NCBI GenBank assembly: GCA_035281225.1
Contig: DATEEI010000097.1
Location: forward strand, 16,496 to 80,495
Length of the DNA: 64,000 nt
Source of the DNA: Vicinamibacterales bacterium
GTDB lineage: Bacteria; Acidobacteriota; Vicinamibacteria; Vicinamibacterales; JAMQPK01
Reading direction: 5' to 3'
Positions 1 through 10,414 of the stretch are shown one piece after another. A program made the position numbers and the translations under genes. Each line of letters opens with the position of its first letter. The stretch's first letter is position 1. The notes under the pieces are model-generated. The model saw only the letters and a list, made by a program, of their open reading frames with translations. It was not told where the DNA came from and ran no database searches.

Positions 1-12
1 TGGCACAGCCCT

Positions 13-1769
<1,757 letters not shown>

Positions 1770-1773
<4 letters not shown>

Positions 1774-3320
1774 GAAATGTCGGTGATGTGAATGTTCCAG
1801 TTTCGATCGTCGCGGGCCGGGAAATCGGTTCGGAAGTGCCCACCGCGGCTCTCTTCGCGCCGCAACGCTGCCCTGGCGATGAGCGCGGCGACGGTGACAA
1901 TGCTGGCCCGGCGCCAGCTTTCGTGGTCGAACGTCGGCCGGCTGGCCAAGTGATCCTCGATCGCCGCCTCCTGCTCTTGCAGCGCGCCGACGGCATCGCG
2001 CAGGCTCCTGCCAGTGCGGAACAGGGCGACCGACTTCCACATCATCGCGCGGACTTCTGCCTCGTTCATCTCGCGCGTCGCGCATTGCGGAGAGAGCGCG
2101 GGAGTCTCGCGGTGCATCGGCTCCGGCAGGTCGGCATCCTGCACCGGATCGGCCATCGCGCGACCGGCACGCGCCCCGAACACGAGCCCCTCGAGCAGCG
2201 AGTTGCTGGCGAGACGATTGGCCCCATGCACTCTGGTGCACGCAACCTCCCCGGCAGCGAAAAGGCCGGGCACGGAGGTGCGTCCTTGAAGATCCGCTTC
2301 CACTCCTCCCATCACGTAATGGGCGGCGGGCCCGACCGGAATCAGATCGCGCGCCAGATCGAAGCCGGCTCTCAGACAGACCGCGGCGATGGTCGGAAAC
2401 CGACGGCGCACGTCTTCGGCATTCAAGTGCCGGAGGCTGAGGAAAATCGGCCCGCCCGAACGCTCCGCCTCGAGCACGATGCTGCGCGACACGATATCGC
2501 GCGGCGCCAAATCGCCGGCGGCGTGATAACGCGACATGAAAGGCTCGCCGACCGCATCGACCAGCTGCGCGCCTTCGCCGCGCAACGCCTCGGAGAGAAG
2601 GAATCGCGGCGCGTCTTCCGCATCGAGCACGGTCGGATGAAACTGTACGAACTCCATGTCGGCGATGCGCGCGCCGGCGCGATACGCGAGCGCCACGCCA
2701 TCGCCAGTCGCCACGGCCGGATTCGTCGTCTGCTCGAAGACCTGACCCGCTCCTCCCGTTGCGAGCAGGGTTGCCCGGCCGAATACGCGGCCGGCCTCGC
2801 CCCGTTCGTCGATGAATCGCACACCGAGGCAACGGCCGTCTTCGACAATCGCGCTGACCGCCAGCGTGTTCTTGAGCACGCTGATGCGCGCGCTGGACGA
2901 GGCGCGCTCCCAGAGTGCGCGGCCAATCTCGCGGCCGGTCGCGTCGCTCGCATGCAGGACGCGCCGGACGCTATGCGCTCCCTCCGAGGCCAGCGCGGGA
3001 TGGCCCTGCGCGTCGCGATCGAAGCGCACGCCCCAGTCCACGAGCTCGCGTGTGTAGTGCGGACCTTCGTCGCAGAGCACGCCCACGGCGCGCTCGTCGC
3101 ACAACCCATCGCCGGCAATCATGGTGTCGCGCGCGTGAAGCTCCGGAGAATCGTCCGGACCGATGGCGGCGGCAATGCCGCCCTGCGCGTATTCGGTGTT
3201 GCTCTCGCTGGGATCGGCTTTGGTGATGATGATGATGTTGCCGGCAGGCGCCAATTCGACCGCGGCGCGGAGGCCGGCGATTCCGCTGCCAACGATTATG
3301 AAGTCACCGCGTGCTTCCAC
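1770..3320 (-). CDS. nadB: L-aspartate oxidase
   Basis: 516 aa, GTG start. FAD-binding IIVGSGIAGL, YAQGGIAA and HGANRLASNSLLEGLVFG are typical of NadB/SdhA-type flavoproteins. The stop overlaps the proS ATG (ATGA). Confidence 0.92.
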
Positions 3321-3388
3321 TGGCCGTATACTAACGCATTGGTGATCGCCCTTTCCTATCGCGCAATCACCAATCGCCCAATCTCGAC

Positions 3389-4471
3389 ATGCTAAGAGTC
3401 GACGTCTCGGCCGGATCTCATCGCTATCCCATTTACATCGAACATGGCCTGACGGCGCAGATCGGCCGGCTCATCGCGCAGTCGCCAAGCCCGGCCTCGC
3501 GTCAGTTTTTCGTCTCGAGCCCGCTCGTGTGGAAGCTGCACGGGAAGGCGATGGCAAAGTCGGTGCCGAAGACCGAGCCGATCCTGCTTCCAGATGGGGA
3601 AAAGTTCAAGCAGCTCGGCACCGCCGCGCGCGCGTACGAATCGCTCATCAAGCTCGAGGCCGATCGCGGAGCGGGCATCATCGCCGTCGGCGGTGGCGTC
3701 ATCGGCGACATGGCGGGCTTCATCGCCGCGACCTACCTGCGCGGGGTCAAGCTGATCCACGTGCCAACGACATTGCTGGCGCAGGTGGACAGCGCCATCG
3801 GCGGCAAGGTGGGCGTGAACCATCCTCTCGGAAAGAACCTGATCGGCGCGTTCCATCACCCGGCGCTCGTCGCCATCGATCCGGCGTTCCTCGAAACGCT
3901 GCCACGGCGGGAGTTTCGCTCGGGCCTCTACGAGGTCATCAAATACGGGATGACCTCGAGCCGCGATCTGTTCGAGCGCATCGACCGAGACATGGATGCG
4001 ATCTTTGCGCGCAAGGCCGACGCGCTCGTGCCGATCATCGGCGAGTCGTGCTCCATCAAGGCCGCCGTCGTTGGACTCGATGAGCGCGAGGCCGGACCTC
4101 GCCGCATGCTGAATTTCGGCCATACCGCAGGCCATGCGCTCGAGGCCGTCACGAAGTACAAACGGTTCAGGCACGGCGAGGCGATCGCCTACGGCATGCT
4201 CGTCGCCGCCGAAATCGCGATCGCTCGCGGCGTGATGCCCAAGGCGGATCGACGCGCGCTGGGCCAGATCATCATGAAGCTCGGCCCGCTTCCTCCGGTC
4301 GGCGATCTGTCGATCCGCGACGTGCTAGGGGCCATGAAGCACGACAAGAAGGTCGTCGACGGCACGCTGCACTACGTGCTGTGCACCGGCATCGGCTCGT
4401 GGAAGACGGTGACGGATGTGACGGAGTCGGAGCTCGCGGCAGCGCTGAAGAAGACGGGGCTGAAGAAATGA
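3389..4471 (+). CDS. aroB: 3-dehydroquinate synthase
   Basis: 360 aa. Motifs GGGVIGDMAGFIAATYLRG, VPTTLLAQVDSAIGGKVGVN and HGEAIAYG (metal ligands) are typical AroB. Confidence 0.93.
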   Translation: MLRVDVSAGSHRYPIYIEHGLTAQIGRLIAQSPSPASRQFFVSSPLVWKLHGKAMAKSVPKTEPILLPDGEKFKQLGTAARAYESLIKLEADRGAGIIAVGGGVIGDMAGFIAATYLRGVKLIHVPTTLLAQVDSAIGGKVGVNHPLGKNLIGAFHHPALVAIDPAFLETLPRREFRSGLYEVIKYGMTSSRDLFERIDRDMDAIFARKADALVPIIGESCSIKAAVVGLDEREAGPRRMLNFGHTAGHALEAVTKYKRFRHGEAIAYGMLVAAEIAIARGVMPKADRRALGQIIMKLGPLPPVGDLSIRDVLGAMKHDKKVVDGTLHYVLCTGIGSWKTVTDVTESELAAALKKTGLKK

Positions 4472-4486
4472 CGCTGCGCCCCGCTG

Positions 4487-4619
4487 AGAGGGATGAGGGC
4501 AGAGGGCAGACGTGACCCTCCTGCTTGAAATTTTCGATGGGCGGGAATCGATACTTGAAATATCTGCGTACTCGGAGAGGTCTGGCAATTCGGATTCTGC
4601 CCTCTGCCCTCATCCCTCT
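4487..4619. repeat. perfect 24-bp inverted repeat (agagggatgagggcagagggcaga / tctgccctctgccctcatccctct) flanking an 85-bp core, between convergent genes
   Basis: Left arm 4487-4510 is the exact reverse complement of right arm 4596-4619. Both arms are built from GCCCTCT-type heptads. The element lies between the aroB stop (4471) and the regulator stop (4633). Confidence 0.85.
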
Positions 4620-4632
4620 GCCCTGTCAAAGA

Positions 4633-6012
4633 TCAGTTAATTCCGTACTCCTTCAGCTTCCCCAGCAGTGCCTTGAACTGAATCCCGAGAATATCGGCGG
4701 CTCTGCCTCGGTCGCCGCCGCCGTCCCTCATCGCCTGCTCAATTTTTCTCTTTTCCACTTCTGTCAGCGCCCGGCGTGTGACATCGGCCAAGGTGCCGGA
4801 CAAATCGAACGTCGCCCACGGGCTTGGGGGGCCGGCGACGACCTGCGCGTGCTGCGACAGGTTCAAGTGGCGCGAGTGAATCGAATCGGTCTCGGAGAGA
4901 ATGACCGCCCGCTCGATGCAATTCTGCAGCTCGCGCACGTTACCAGGCCACCCATACTGCTGAAGCTCGTCGATGGCCGACTGCGCCAGCGTGACGGGCT
5001 TCTTCATGTCACGGCTGAACCGTTCGACGAAGTGCCGCGCGAGAATGGGAATGTCTTCGGGGCGATCGCGAAGCGGTGGAATCGTGATCGGAAAGACCGA
5101 TAGGCGGAAATACAGATCTTCGCGGAACTGTTTCGCCGCCACGGCCGCCCGCAGACCCTTGTTGGTCGCCGCGACGATGCGCACGTCAACGTGCAGCGAG
5201 GCCGTGCCTCCGACCCGTTCGAAACGGCGCTCTTCGAGCGCCCGCAGAATCTTCGACTGCAATGAGAGCGGCAGATCGCCAATCTCATCCAAAAAGAGCG
5301 TGCCTCGGTGCGCGACCTCGAACTTCCCAAGCTTGCGGCCCACGGCGCCCGTGAACGCGCCTTTTTCATGACCAAAAAGCTCAGTCTCAAGAAGGTTGTC
5401 CGGAATTGCCGCGCAGTTGATCGCGACGAACGGACCGTCGGATCGGGTGCCAAGCGCGTGAAGCGCGCGCGCAAATAGTTCCTTTCCGGTTCCGCTCTCC
5501 CCTTCGAGCAAGACAGTTGCATCCGTCCCGGCTCCCCGCTGCAGCGAGACCACCGCCTGCTTGAGCGCACGTGACTCGCCGATGATGGTCGGAGCCCCTC
5601 GTCGGGAGGCAAGCTCCTCCTTGAGCAGGACGTACTCTGTCATCACGCGCCGCTGCTTGAGCGCACGTTCGACCATGAGCATCAGGTGATCCGGATCGAC
5701 GGGCTTTGCGAGAAAGTCGAGCGCACCTTCCTTCATCGCCGCCACCGCATCCTGAATACTGCCGTAGGCCGTCATCACGATAACGGGCAGCTCCGGATCC
5801 AGCTCCTTCGCCGCGCGCAGCACGCCAAATCCGTCGCCTTCGGGAAGCCGGAGATCGGTCAGCACGAGCGCCGGTCGATCGTCCTGCATCGCCTTGAGGG
5901 CCTCACGCTGGTCCCGGGCTTCCAAGACGGTATGGCCCTGGCCTTCGATGGCCAGCTTGAGCATGGTTCGGAGTGAGTCTTTGTCTTCGACGAGAAGAAT
6001 GGAGGGAGGCAC
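4633..6012 (-). CDS. sigma-54-dependent response regulator (NtrC/PilR2-like)
   Basis: 459 aa. Receiver domain (LVLTDLRLPEGDG), AAA+ Walker A GESGTGKE, the GAFTGA sigma-54 contact motif and a C-terminal HTH. It is the last gene of the minus-strand minor-pilin operon. Confidence 0.9.
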   Translation of the reverse strand: MPPSILLVEDKDSLRTMLKLAIEGQGHTVLEARDQREALKAMQDDRPALVLTDLRLPEGDGFGVLRAAKELDPELPVIVMTAYGSIQDAVAAMKEGALDFLAKPVDPDHLMLMVERALKQRRVMTEYVLLKEELASRRGAPTIIGESRALKQAVVSLQRGAGTDATVLLEGESGTGKELFARALHALGTRSDGPFVAINCAAIPDNLLETELFGHEKGAFTGAVGRKLGKFEVAHRGTLFLDEIGDLPLSLQSKILRALEERRFERVGGTASLHVDVRIVAATNKGLRAAVAAKQFREDLYFRLSVFPITIPPLRDRPEDIPILARHFVERFSRDMKKPVTLAQSAIDELQQYGWPGNVRELQNCIERAVILSETDSIHSRHLNLSQHAQVVAGPPSPWATFDLSGTLADVTRRALTEVEKRKIEQAMRDGGGDRGRAADILGIQFKALLGKLKEYGIN

Positions 6013-6029
6013 TAAAAAGCGTGGATTGT

Positions 6030-6617
6030 TCAGCGTAACCAGCCGGAGGGAACGCCTTCGCGGCGCGCCTCGTCTTCGATGGCTGTGATTGCTTTCGTTT
6101 GAGCCTCGATATCGGCCTTCAGACGATCCTGTTCGGCAATCGCCGCGAGTCGTTTCTTCTCGACCACCGCTCGCTTGGCCGGATCGCTCACGTTCACGAA
6201 CTCGGTGTAGAGCCCGTTGATTTGGCTTTGCATCGCGTCGAGGAACGCTTTGCTCCGCTGAAGCGTCGTGCGTGCCGCAGAGAGACGGTCTCGCCAGTAT
6301 TTCTCGTCTTTCGTGGCAGCGGCCGCTTCGCCCTTCTTGGCGTCCGCCGCTTTCGCATCACCCGCCTTCACGTCTCCGGACGGGGCTTGCGCAGCCGGCT
6401 TGGCGGCCGTCGGTGCCGGAGTGACGGGTGGCGCAGGCGGTTCAACCCCCGGCTTCAGATCACCGTTGGTGTACACCTTCGCCGGAGGGGCTTTCGTCGC
6501 CTTCCGGCGCGCCTCTTCGGCCCGCGCAACATCAGCAAGCGATTGCGCCTCTAACTCCAGTGGAATCAGGATGATCGCGGCAATTAGCGTAGCGAGGAAA
6601 AGAGAGAGTCTTGGCAT
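6030..6617 (-). CDS. secreted coiled-coil protein, minor-pilin-operon associated (paralog 1)
   Basis: The internal ATG at 6615-6617 gives 195 aa, MPRLSLFLATLIAAIILIPLELEA|QSLADVARAEEARRK..KVYTNGDL. After a signal peptide come a P/A-rich linker and a helical C-terminus. The upstream part of track ORF 6030..6827 overlaps the pilX-like gene. Confidence 0.7.
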   Translation of the reverse strand: MPRLSLFLATLIAAIILIPLELEAQSLADVARAEEARRKATKAPPAKVYTNGDLKPGVEPPAPPVTPAPTAAKPAAQAPSGDVKAGDAKAADAKKGEAAAATKDEKYWRDRLSAARTTLQRSKAFLDAMQSQINGLYTEFVNVSDPAKRAVVEKKRLAAIAEQDRLKADIEAQTKAITAIEDEARREGVPSGWLR

Positions 6618-6675
6618 GCTTGTACTGTGATTTTTCCTGTCTGTCTTATCGGCCGAAACCTTGAAATCCATCGTA

Positions 6676-7218
6676 CTACCAGACCTCGATCCACGAAAGC
6701 GTCCCTTGCTGCCGCGAAACCACTGCCTCCACAGCCCTTCGCGTTCCACGAGGCCCGAATGCTTCTGCCCGTAGTGCCAGCACATCAGGCTGTCCGCGCG
6801 GATCGTCTGCAACCCACACGACAACATAAGACGTTGAGTGCCGCTCGCTGACCGCCTGAAGCCGACTAAGGGGGCTAAAGGCGAACAGGCGCCAGCCGCG
6901 GCTATCCAAGCTGGCGGTGATCACCGTGAGGCTCAACACCGAGCCGTCGCTGAGCTGACGGTCGCCTTGCGGTGGCCCATCGACGAAGGTTGACAATGTC
7001 AGCCCTGCCGATATGGAGCCCCAATCTGCCAACGTCGCAAGCTCCTGGCTGACGATCTCCAGGCCTGCCTCTGCCGCGTAGAATCCCTCCTGCGCGAGAC
7101 CGTAGTTTCCTGCGATCTGCATTTCCGTGTTGGTGATGATGACCAATGAAGCGCCGAGCGCTCCGAGCAGGACGAGCGCCATCATCGCAAGCACCAGCGA
7201 GCCGCGCTCGTTCCTCAT
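6676..7218 (-). CDS. PilX_N-domain minor pilin-like protein (GspK-like, short form)
   Basis: 180 aa. N-terminus ERGSLVLAMMALVLLGALGASLVIITNTEMQIAGN resembles a PilX N-terminal domain. The C-terminal LSWIEVW matches the LSWRE(I/V)R end of the two long paralogs. Confidence 0.7.
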   Translation of the reverse strand: MRNERGSLVLAMMALVLLGALGASLVIITNTEMQIAGNYGLAQEGFYAAEAGLEIVSQELATLADWGSISAGLTLSTFVDGPPQGDRQLSDGSVLSLTVITASLDSRGWRLFAFSPLSRLQAVSERHSTSYVVVWVADDPRGQPDVLALRAEAFGPRGTRRAVEAVVSRQQGTLSWIEVW

Positions 7219-8129
7219 GGTCTCAGGCCTAAATTGCGAGGCGTCACGTCGAACGTGATTTCCTGATCGACCAGCGGCGCGCGCAGAAGCGGTTGTTGTT
7301 GCCGCACCTGCAACGTGATGCGGATACGCCTGATGAGCAGGAGGTCTGCGTCATAGCGGGTGGTAAAGGCAGGATCGGGCAACCAGGGGCCGTCGGTGAG
7401 TTGCGCTCGATCGAATCGCCCTGCGCCGCCGTAGTACTCAAAACGAAGCGCCGCTACATCGTCTACCACCGGCAGATCCGTGCGGTCGCCATCGTATTTC
7501 ATCAATTGGCCGTGCCCGGTGGATGGATCCGTCTGCACCCAGTATGTCGCTGCCACGACTGGCGCGACGGTCGTGCCCGGCGCATACGATTTCGACAGCG
7601 TCCTGCCCTCGTGCACCAGCGCAAGTGACGCGGGCTGCACCTCCAGGATGCGAAACGTATCGTACGCACCGCTTTCATCGCATATCACTGCAAGCTCGTT
7701 TGCGGCGAAACTGCAGAGCGGACTTCCCGCCGGGCAACCGGGCTGTGCGTTGACGAGCACAATGTTCCCCTCCTCTGTCGCGACCCGCAAGGTCGTCCCG
7801 GCTCCAGATGTCGGGACATAGAGAACGGAGATGCGGTCGTCGAAGAATGTCCCGGGAGGATCGGGAGAACGCGCGCCCGTGCGAAAGGGCAGGACGGGAG
7901 GAAACGTTCCGCCTGGTCGCGACCCGGCGGTGACGATGTCCTTGAAGATCGCGTCGGAGGCCACCCGAATACGTTGCTGCACATCGGACAAGTCGGGATG
8001 CGCGAACATGCCGTACGCCGGATTTATCAGCTCGAAGATGGCTGCCGATAGCACGAGCATGATCGCCATCGCTACGATCATTTCGACGAAGGAGAAACCC
8101 GACGTCACCGCGCGACGGTCAGCGCACAT
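7215..8129 (-). CDS. PilW-like minor pilin (prepilin-type N-terminal cleavage/methylation domain)
   Basis: The internal ATG at 8127-8129 gives MCADRRAVTSG|FSFVEMIVAMAIMLVLSAAIF, a class III signal peptide with Glu+5. 304 aa; 4-bp overlap with the downstream gene. Confidence 0.75.
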   Translation of the reverse strand: MCADRRAVTSGFSFVEMIVAMAIMLVLSAAIFELINPAYGMFAHPDLSDVQQRIRVASDAIFKDIVTAGSRPGGTFPPVLPFRTGARSPDPPGTFFDDRISVLYVPTSGAGTTLRVATEEGNIVLVNAQPGCPAGSPLCSFAANELAVICDESGAYDTFRILEVQPASLALVHEGRTLSKSYAPGTTVAPVVAATYWVQTDPSTGHGQLMKYDGDRTDLPVVDDVAALRFEYYGGAGRFDRAQLTDGPWLPDPAFTTRYDADLLLIRRIRITLQVRQQQPLLRAPLVDQEITFDVTPRNLGLRP

Positions 8130-8529
8130 TCCGGCCCCGTATGGTAACGAGGTGTACTTCGCCGATGTGTCGGTGTGCGTGTTGGGCCGAGACCTGAATG
8201 AGCACGGCGTTCGGCACGAGCGCCACCGATCGAACTGACCAGCGCCTGACGTACAGCGCCCCTGCGCAAGCGAGAGGCCCTTCACAAACCACCTCGCCGC
8301 TGCTGTTCAGGTGCTCGACGGCGGCTTCGACATCCACCAGCGCGGGCTCGGCCCGCAACTGCTCCACCTTCTGCGTTGCAGCAATCATGGCGAGCGTCCG
8401 GTACTTCGCCTCTGCGTTCACCTTGATGCTGACCGCCGCGAGCTGCGCGAGAACGACGAGGGCGCCCGTGAGCAAGCCGATGGCGATCGTGATTTCGACG
8501 AGGGTGAATCCGGTGCCCGAATCGCGCAT
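8119..8529 (-). CDS. PilV/GspI-like minor pilin
   Basis: The ATG at 8527-8529 gives MRDSGTG|FTLVEITIAIGLLTGALVVLAQL, a prepilin motif. 136 aa; first gene of the minus-strand minor-pilin operon. Confidence 0.75.
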   Translation of the reverse strand: MRDSGTGFTLVEITIAIGLLTGALVVLAQLAAVSIKVNAEAKYRTLAMIAATQKVEQLRAEPALVDVEAAVEHLNSSGEVVCEGPLACAGALYVRRWSVRSVALVPNAVLIQVSAQHAHRHIGEVHLVTIRGRNVR

Positions 8530-8778
8530 GCGGGAGGGACTGCAACAGCGACTCCAGCCGCCATGCCCCGGGCAAGCGCGGGAGGTGGCAATAACTGCCA
8601 TGCGCAGCCGCAGTGAGCAGTGCAGTTCTGCTCACCCCCTGCCGGCGATCTCCCGGCCTTTGGGACCGTAGGCTGACGAATCCGCAAGTACGCCTGCAGA
8701 ATCGTCAGTTCGTGTTCCAGAACTGCACAGGGGGCCCCACGATCGGCCTCTTTTGCTAGGAAAAATGGTTGGCTAGAC

Positions 8779-8793
8779 GGCACGGTGGTTGCC
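8779..8793 (+). promoter_or_regulatory. candidate sigma-54 (-24/-12) promoter for the plus-strand minor-pilin operon
   Basis: cGGCACGgtggTTGCc has GG (8779-80) and GC (8791-92) separated by exactly 10 nt, very like the pilA promoter TGGCACGggcgTTGC. Caveat: it overlaps the TTG start in the ORF track and sits only ~15 nt before the alternative GTG at 8807. Confidence 0.4.
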
Positions 8794-9325
8794 TCTACAC
8801 TCACCGGTGTCGAAGCAACAGCATCGCGGTTTCTCGGTGATCGAGCTCCTGGTTACTGTGGCGATCGTCGCCCTCATGTCGGCGATGGCGGTCCCCGTGA
8901 TGAGCGGGGCGCGCCGTCGTGCGGCGGTGGCCGCGGCCCAACGCGAGGTGGCTGGACAGATCCGCGCGGCACGGTTTGCGGCGATCACCAGCAACAAGAT
9001 CATGCGGGTACGCTTCGCCTGCCCGGCCGCAGGTCAGTATCGTGTGATTGAGCTTACCGGTGTGTCATCGATCGACACAGACTCGAACCGATGCTCGTAT
9101 CCATGGCAACCGGACTCGGATCCGGCGACGGTACCGAATTTCGATGGACCGATCATGAACCTCCCGGAGGGCGTTTCATTCGCCGCGACGCAGAATTTGG
9201 AAATCAGTACGAGAGGAATCGTCACAGTGACAACCGGCTCACTGCCGGGAACGATCCAGGTAACCGATGGCTCTAGCACATTTACTATCACGGCATCTGC
9301 TTCCGGCCGCATTCAGACGCCGTAA
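8789..9325 (+). CDS. GspH/FimT-like minor pilin
   Basis: Prepilin motif ..KQQHRG|FSVIELLVTVAIVALMSAMAVP. The track start is TTG at 8789. GTG at 8807 would give a typical short leader, MSKQQHRG. Confidence 0.75.
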   Translation: MPLHSPVSKQQHRGFSVIELLVTVAIVALMSAMAVPVMSGARRRAAVAAAQREVAGQIRAARFAAITSNKIMRVRFACPAAGQYRVIELTGVSSIDTDSNRCSYPWQPDSDPATVPNFDGPIMNLPEGVSFAATQNLEISTRGIVTVTTGSLPGTIQVTDGSSTFTITASASGRIQTP

Positions 9326-9752
9326 GCGAGGGACGGCCCGCGACGAGCGCGGCTTTACCTTTGTGGAGGCGGTGATTGCGATCGGCATTCTGGCCGGCGG
9401 CATGGTCGCCGTGGCGCAGCTGCTCGTCTACTCGCTCCAGATGCACCACCTGGGACGTCGCACCTCCGAAGCCTCCGCCCTGGCAGCGGCAAAGCTCGAA
9501 GAGCTTCAGAAACAGAACTTTGACACCTCCACGGCGGTCGCGATCACGCCGGTGAGCCCGGACCCGCTCGGCCAGAACGTCGCGAACCACTTCGATACGA
9601 CCACCGCGGGATATACGAGGCGCTGGAAGGTCCTAGCGCACTCCTCCGGCAATGCCAATCTCAGGGAGGTCACTCTACGCGTGATTCCTCCGAACACCGA
9701 CCTGAACAGGTTTCGCACGGTTGAAGTCACGACAATTTTGAGGAGATGGTAA
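9267..9752 (+). CDS. PilV/GspI-like minor pilin
   Basis: Prepilin motif RDERG|FTFVEAVIAIGILAGGMVAVAQL. ATG 9267 is the only canonical in-frame start. It gives an unusually long 29-aa leader and a 59-nt overlap with the upstream gene. Confidence 0.7.
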   Translation: MALAHLLSRHLLPAAFRRRKRGTARDERGFTFVEAVIAIGILAGGMVAVAQLLVYSLQMHHLGRRTSEASALAAAKLEELQKQNFDTSTAVAITPVSPDPLGQNVANHFDTTTAGYTRRWKVLAHSSGNANLREVTLRVIPPNTDLNRFRTVEVTTILRRW

Positions 9753-10414
9753 GTAGCGTGATCCCCTCACCAGACAGGAATCAGGCGGGCTTTACCCTGA
9801 TCGAACTGCTGATGGCGATGGCCGTCAGCACCGCGATCATGGGGAGCCTCGTGCTCGTCAGTGCCCAGATGACCCGGTCGTACTACTCGCAGCTCGACGG
9901 CGCGGCCGTTCAGCAGGAGGGGCGCTATGCGCTCGACTTGATCGTCCGCACTCTGCAATCGGCCGGCAACAACCCCGAAACAATTGTGACCAGCCCTTGC
10001 CCGACAGCCGGCACCACGTTTCGCGCGATTCAACGCAACCCAAACGGCGCCGCCACACAGAACAACATACGCATCCACTCGGACCTGAACGGCAACGGCG
10101 TTCTCGGCGGCGCGACGACCGGCACCTGCCCCGATACGTATGAAGACATCACTTTCGCACTGAACACAACGACCCAAACGATCACCATGGACGACAACAT
10201 GATTGCCGGCGGCGCAGCTCTGGACATGACCGACACCGTGATCACCGGGCTGACCTTCGCCTATCTCGATTGCGCTCGGGCGGCGACCACCGACGACGAC
10301 GACGTTTGTTACGTTCAGGTGACCGTGACGTCGCAAACACCCACGGTCAACAACAACACGGGCGTGAAAACCACATACACAAACAACGCGGAAGTACGGA
10401 TGCGAACGAGATGA
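9746..10414 (+). CDS. PilW/GspJ-like minor pilin
   Basis: 222 aa with prepilin motif DRNQAG|FTLIELLMAMAVSTAIMGSLVLV. Overlaps both neighbouring genes. Confidence 0.75.
   Translation: MVSSVIPSPDRNQAGFTLIELLMAMAVSTAIMGSLVLVSAQMTRSYYSQLDGAAVQQEGRYALDLIVRTLQSAGNNPETIVTSPCPTAGTTFRAIQRNPNGAATQNNIRIHSDLNGNGVLGGATTGTCPDTYEDITFALNTTTQTITMDDNMIAGGAALDMTDTVITGLTFAYLDCARAATTDDDDVCYVQVTVTSQTPTVNNNTGVKTTYTNNAEVRMRTR

Noticed and set aside
6618-6827. N-terminal 70 aa of track ORF 6030-6827
   Set aside because: This part overlaps the 3' end of the pilX-like gene (6676-7218) and has no signal peptide. The internal Met at 6617 gives a canonical signal peptide aligned with the two paralogs.
8586-8600. TGGCAataacTGCCA as a sigma-54 promoter for the minus-strand minor-pilin operon
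   Set aside because: On the minus strand it reads TGGCAGTTATTGCC. GG and GC are separated by 8 nt instead of the required 10. It is kept only as a palindrome of unknown function.
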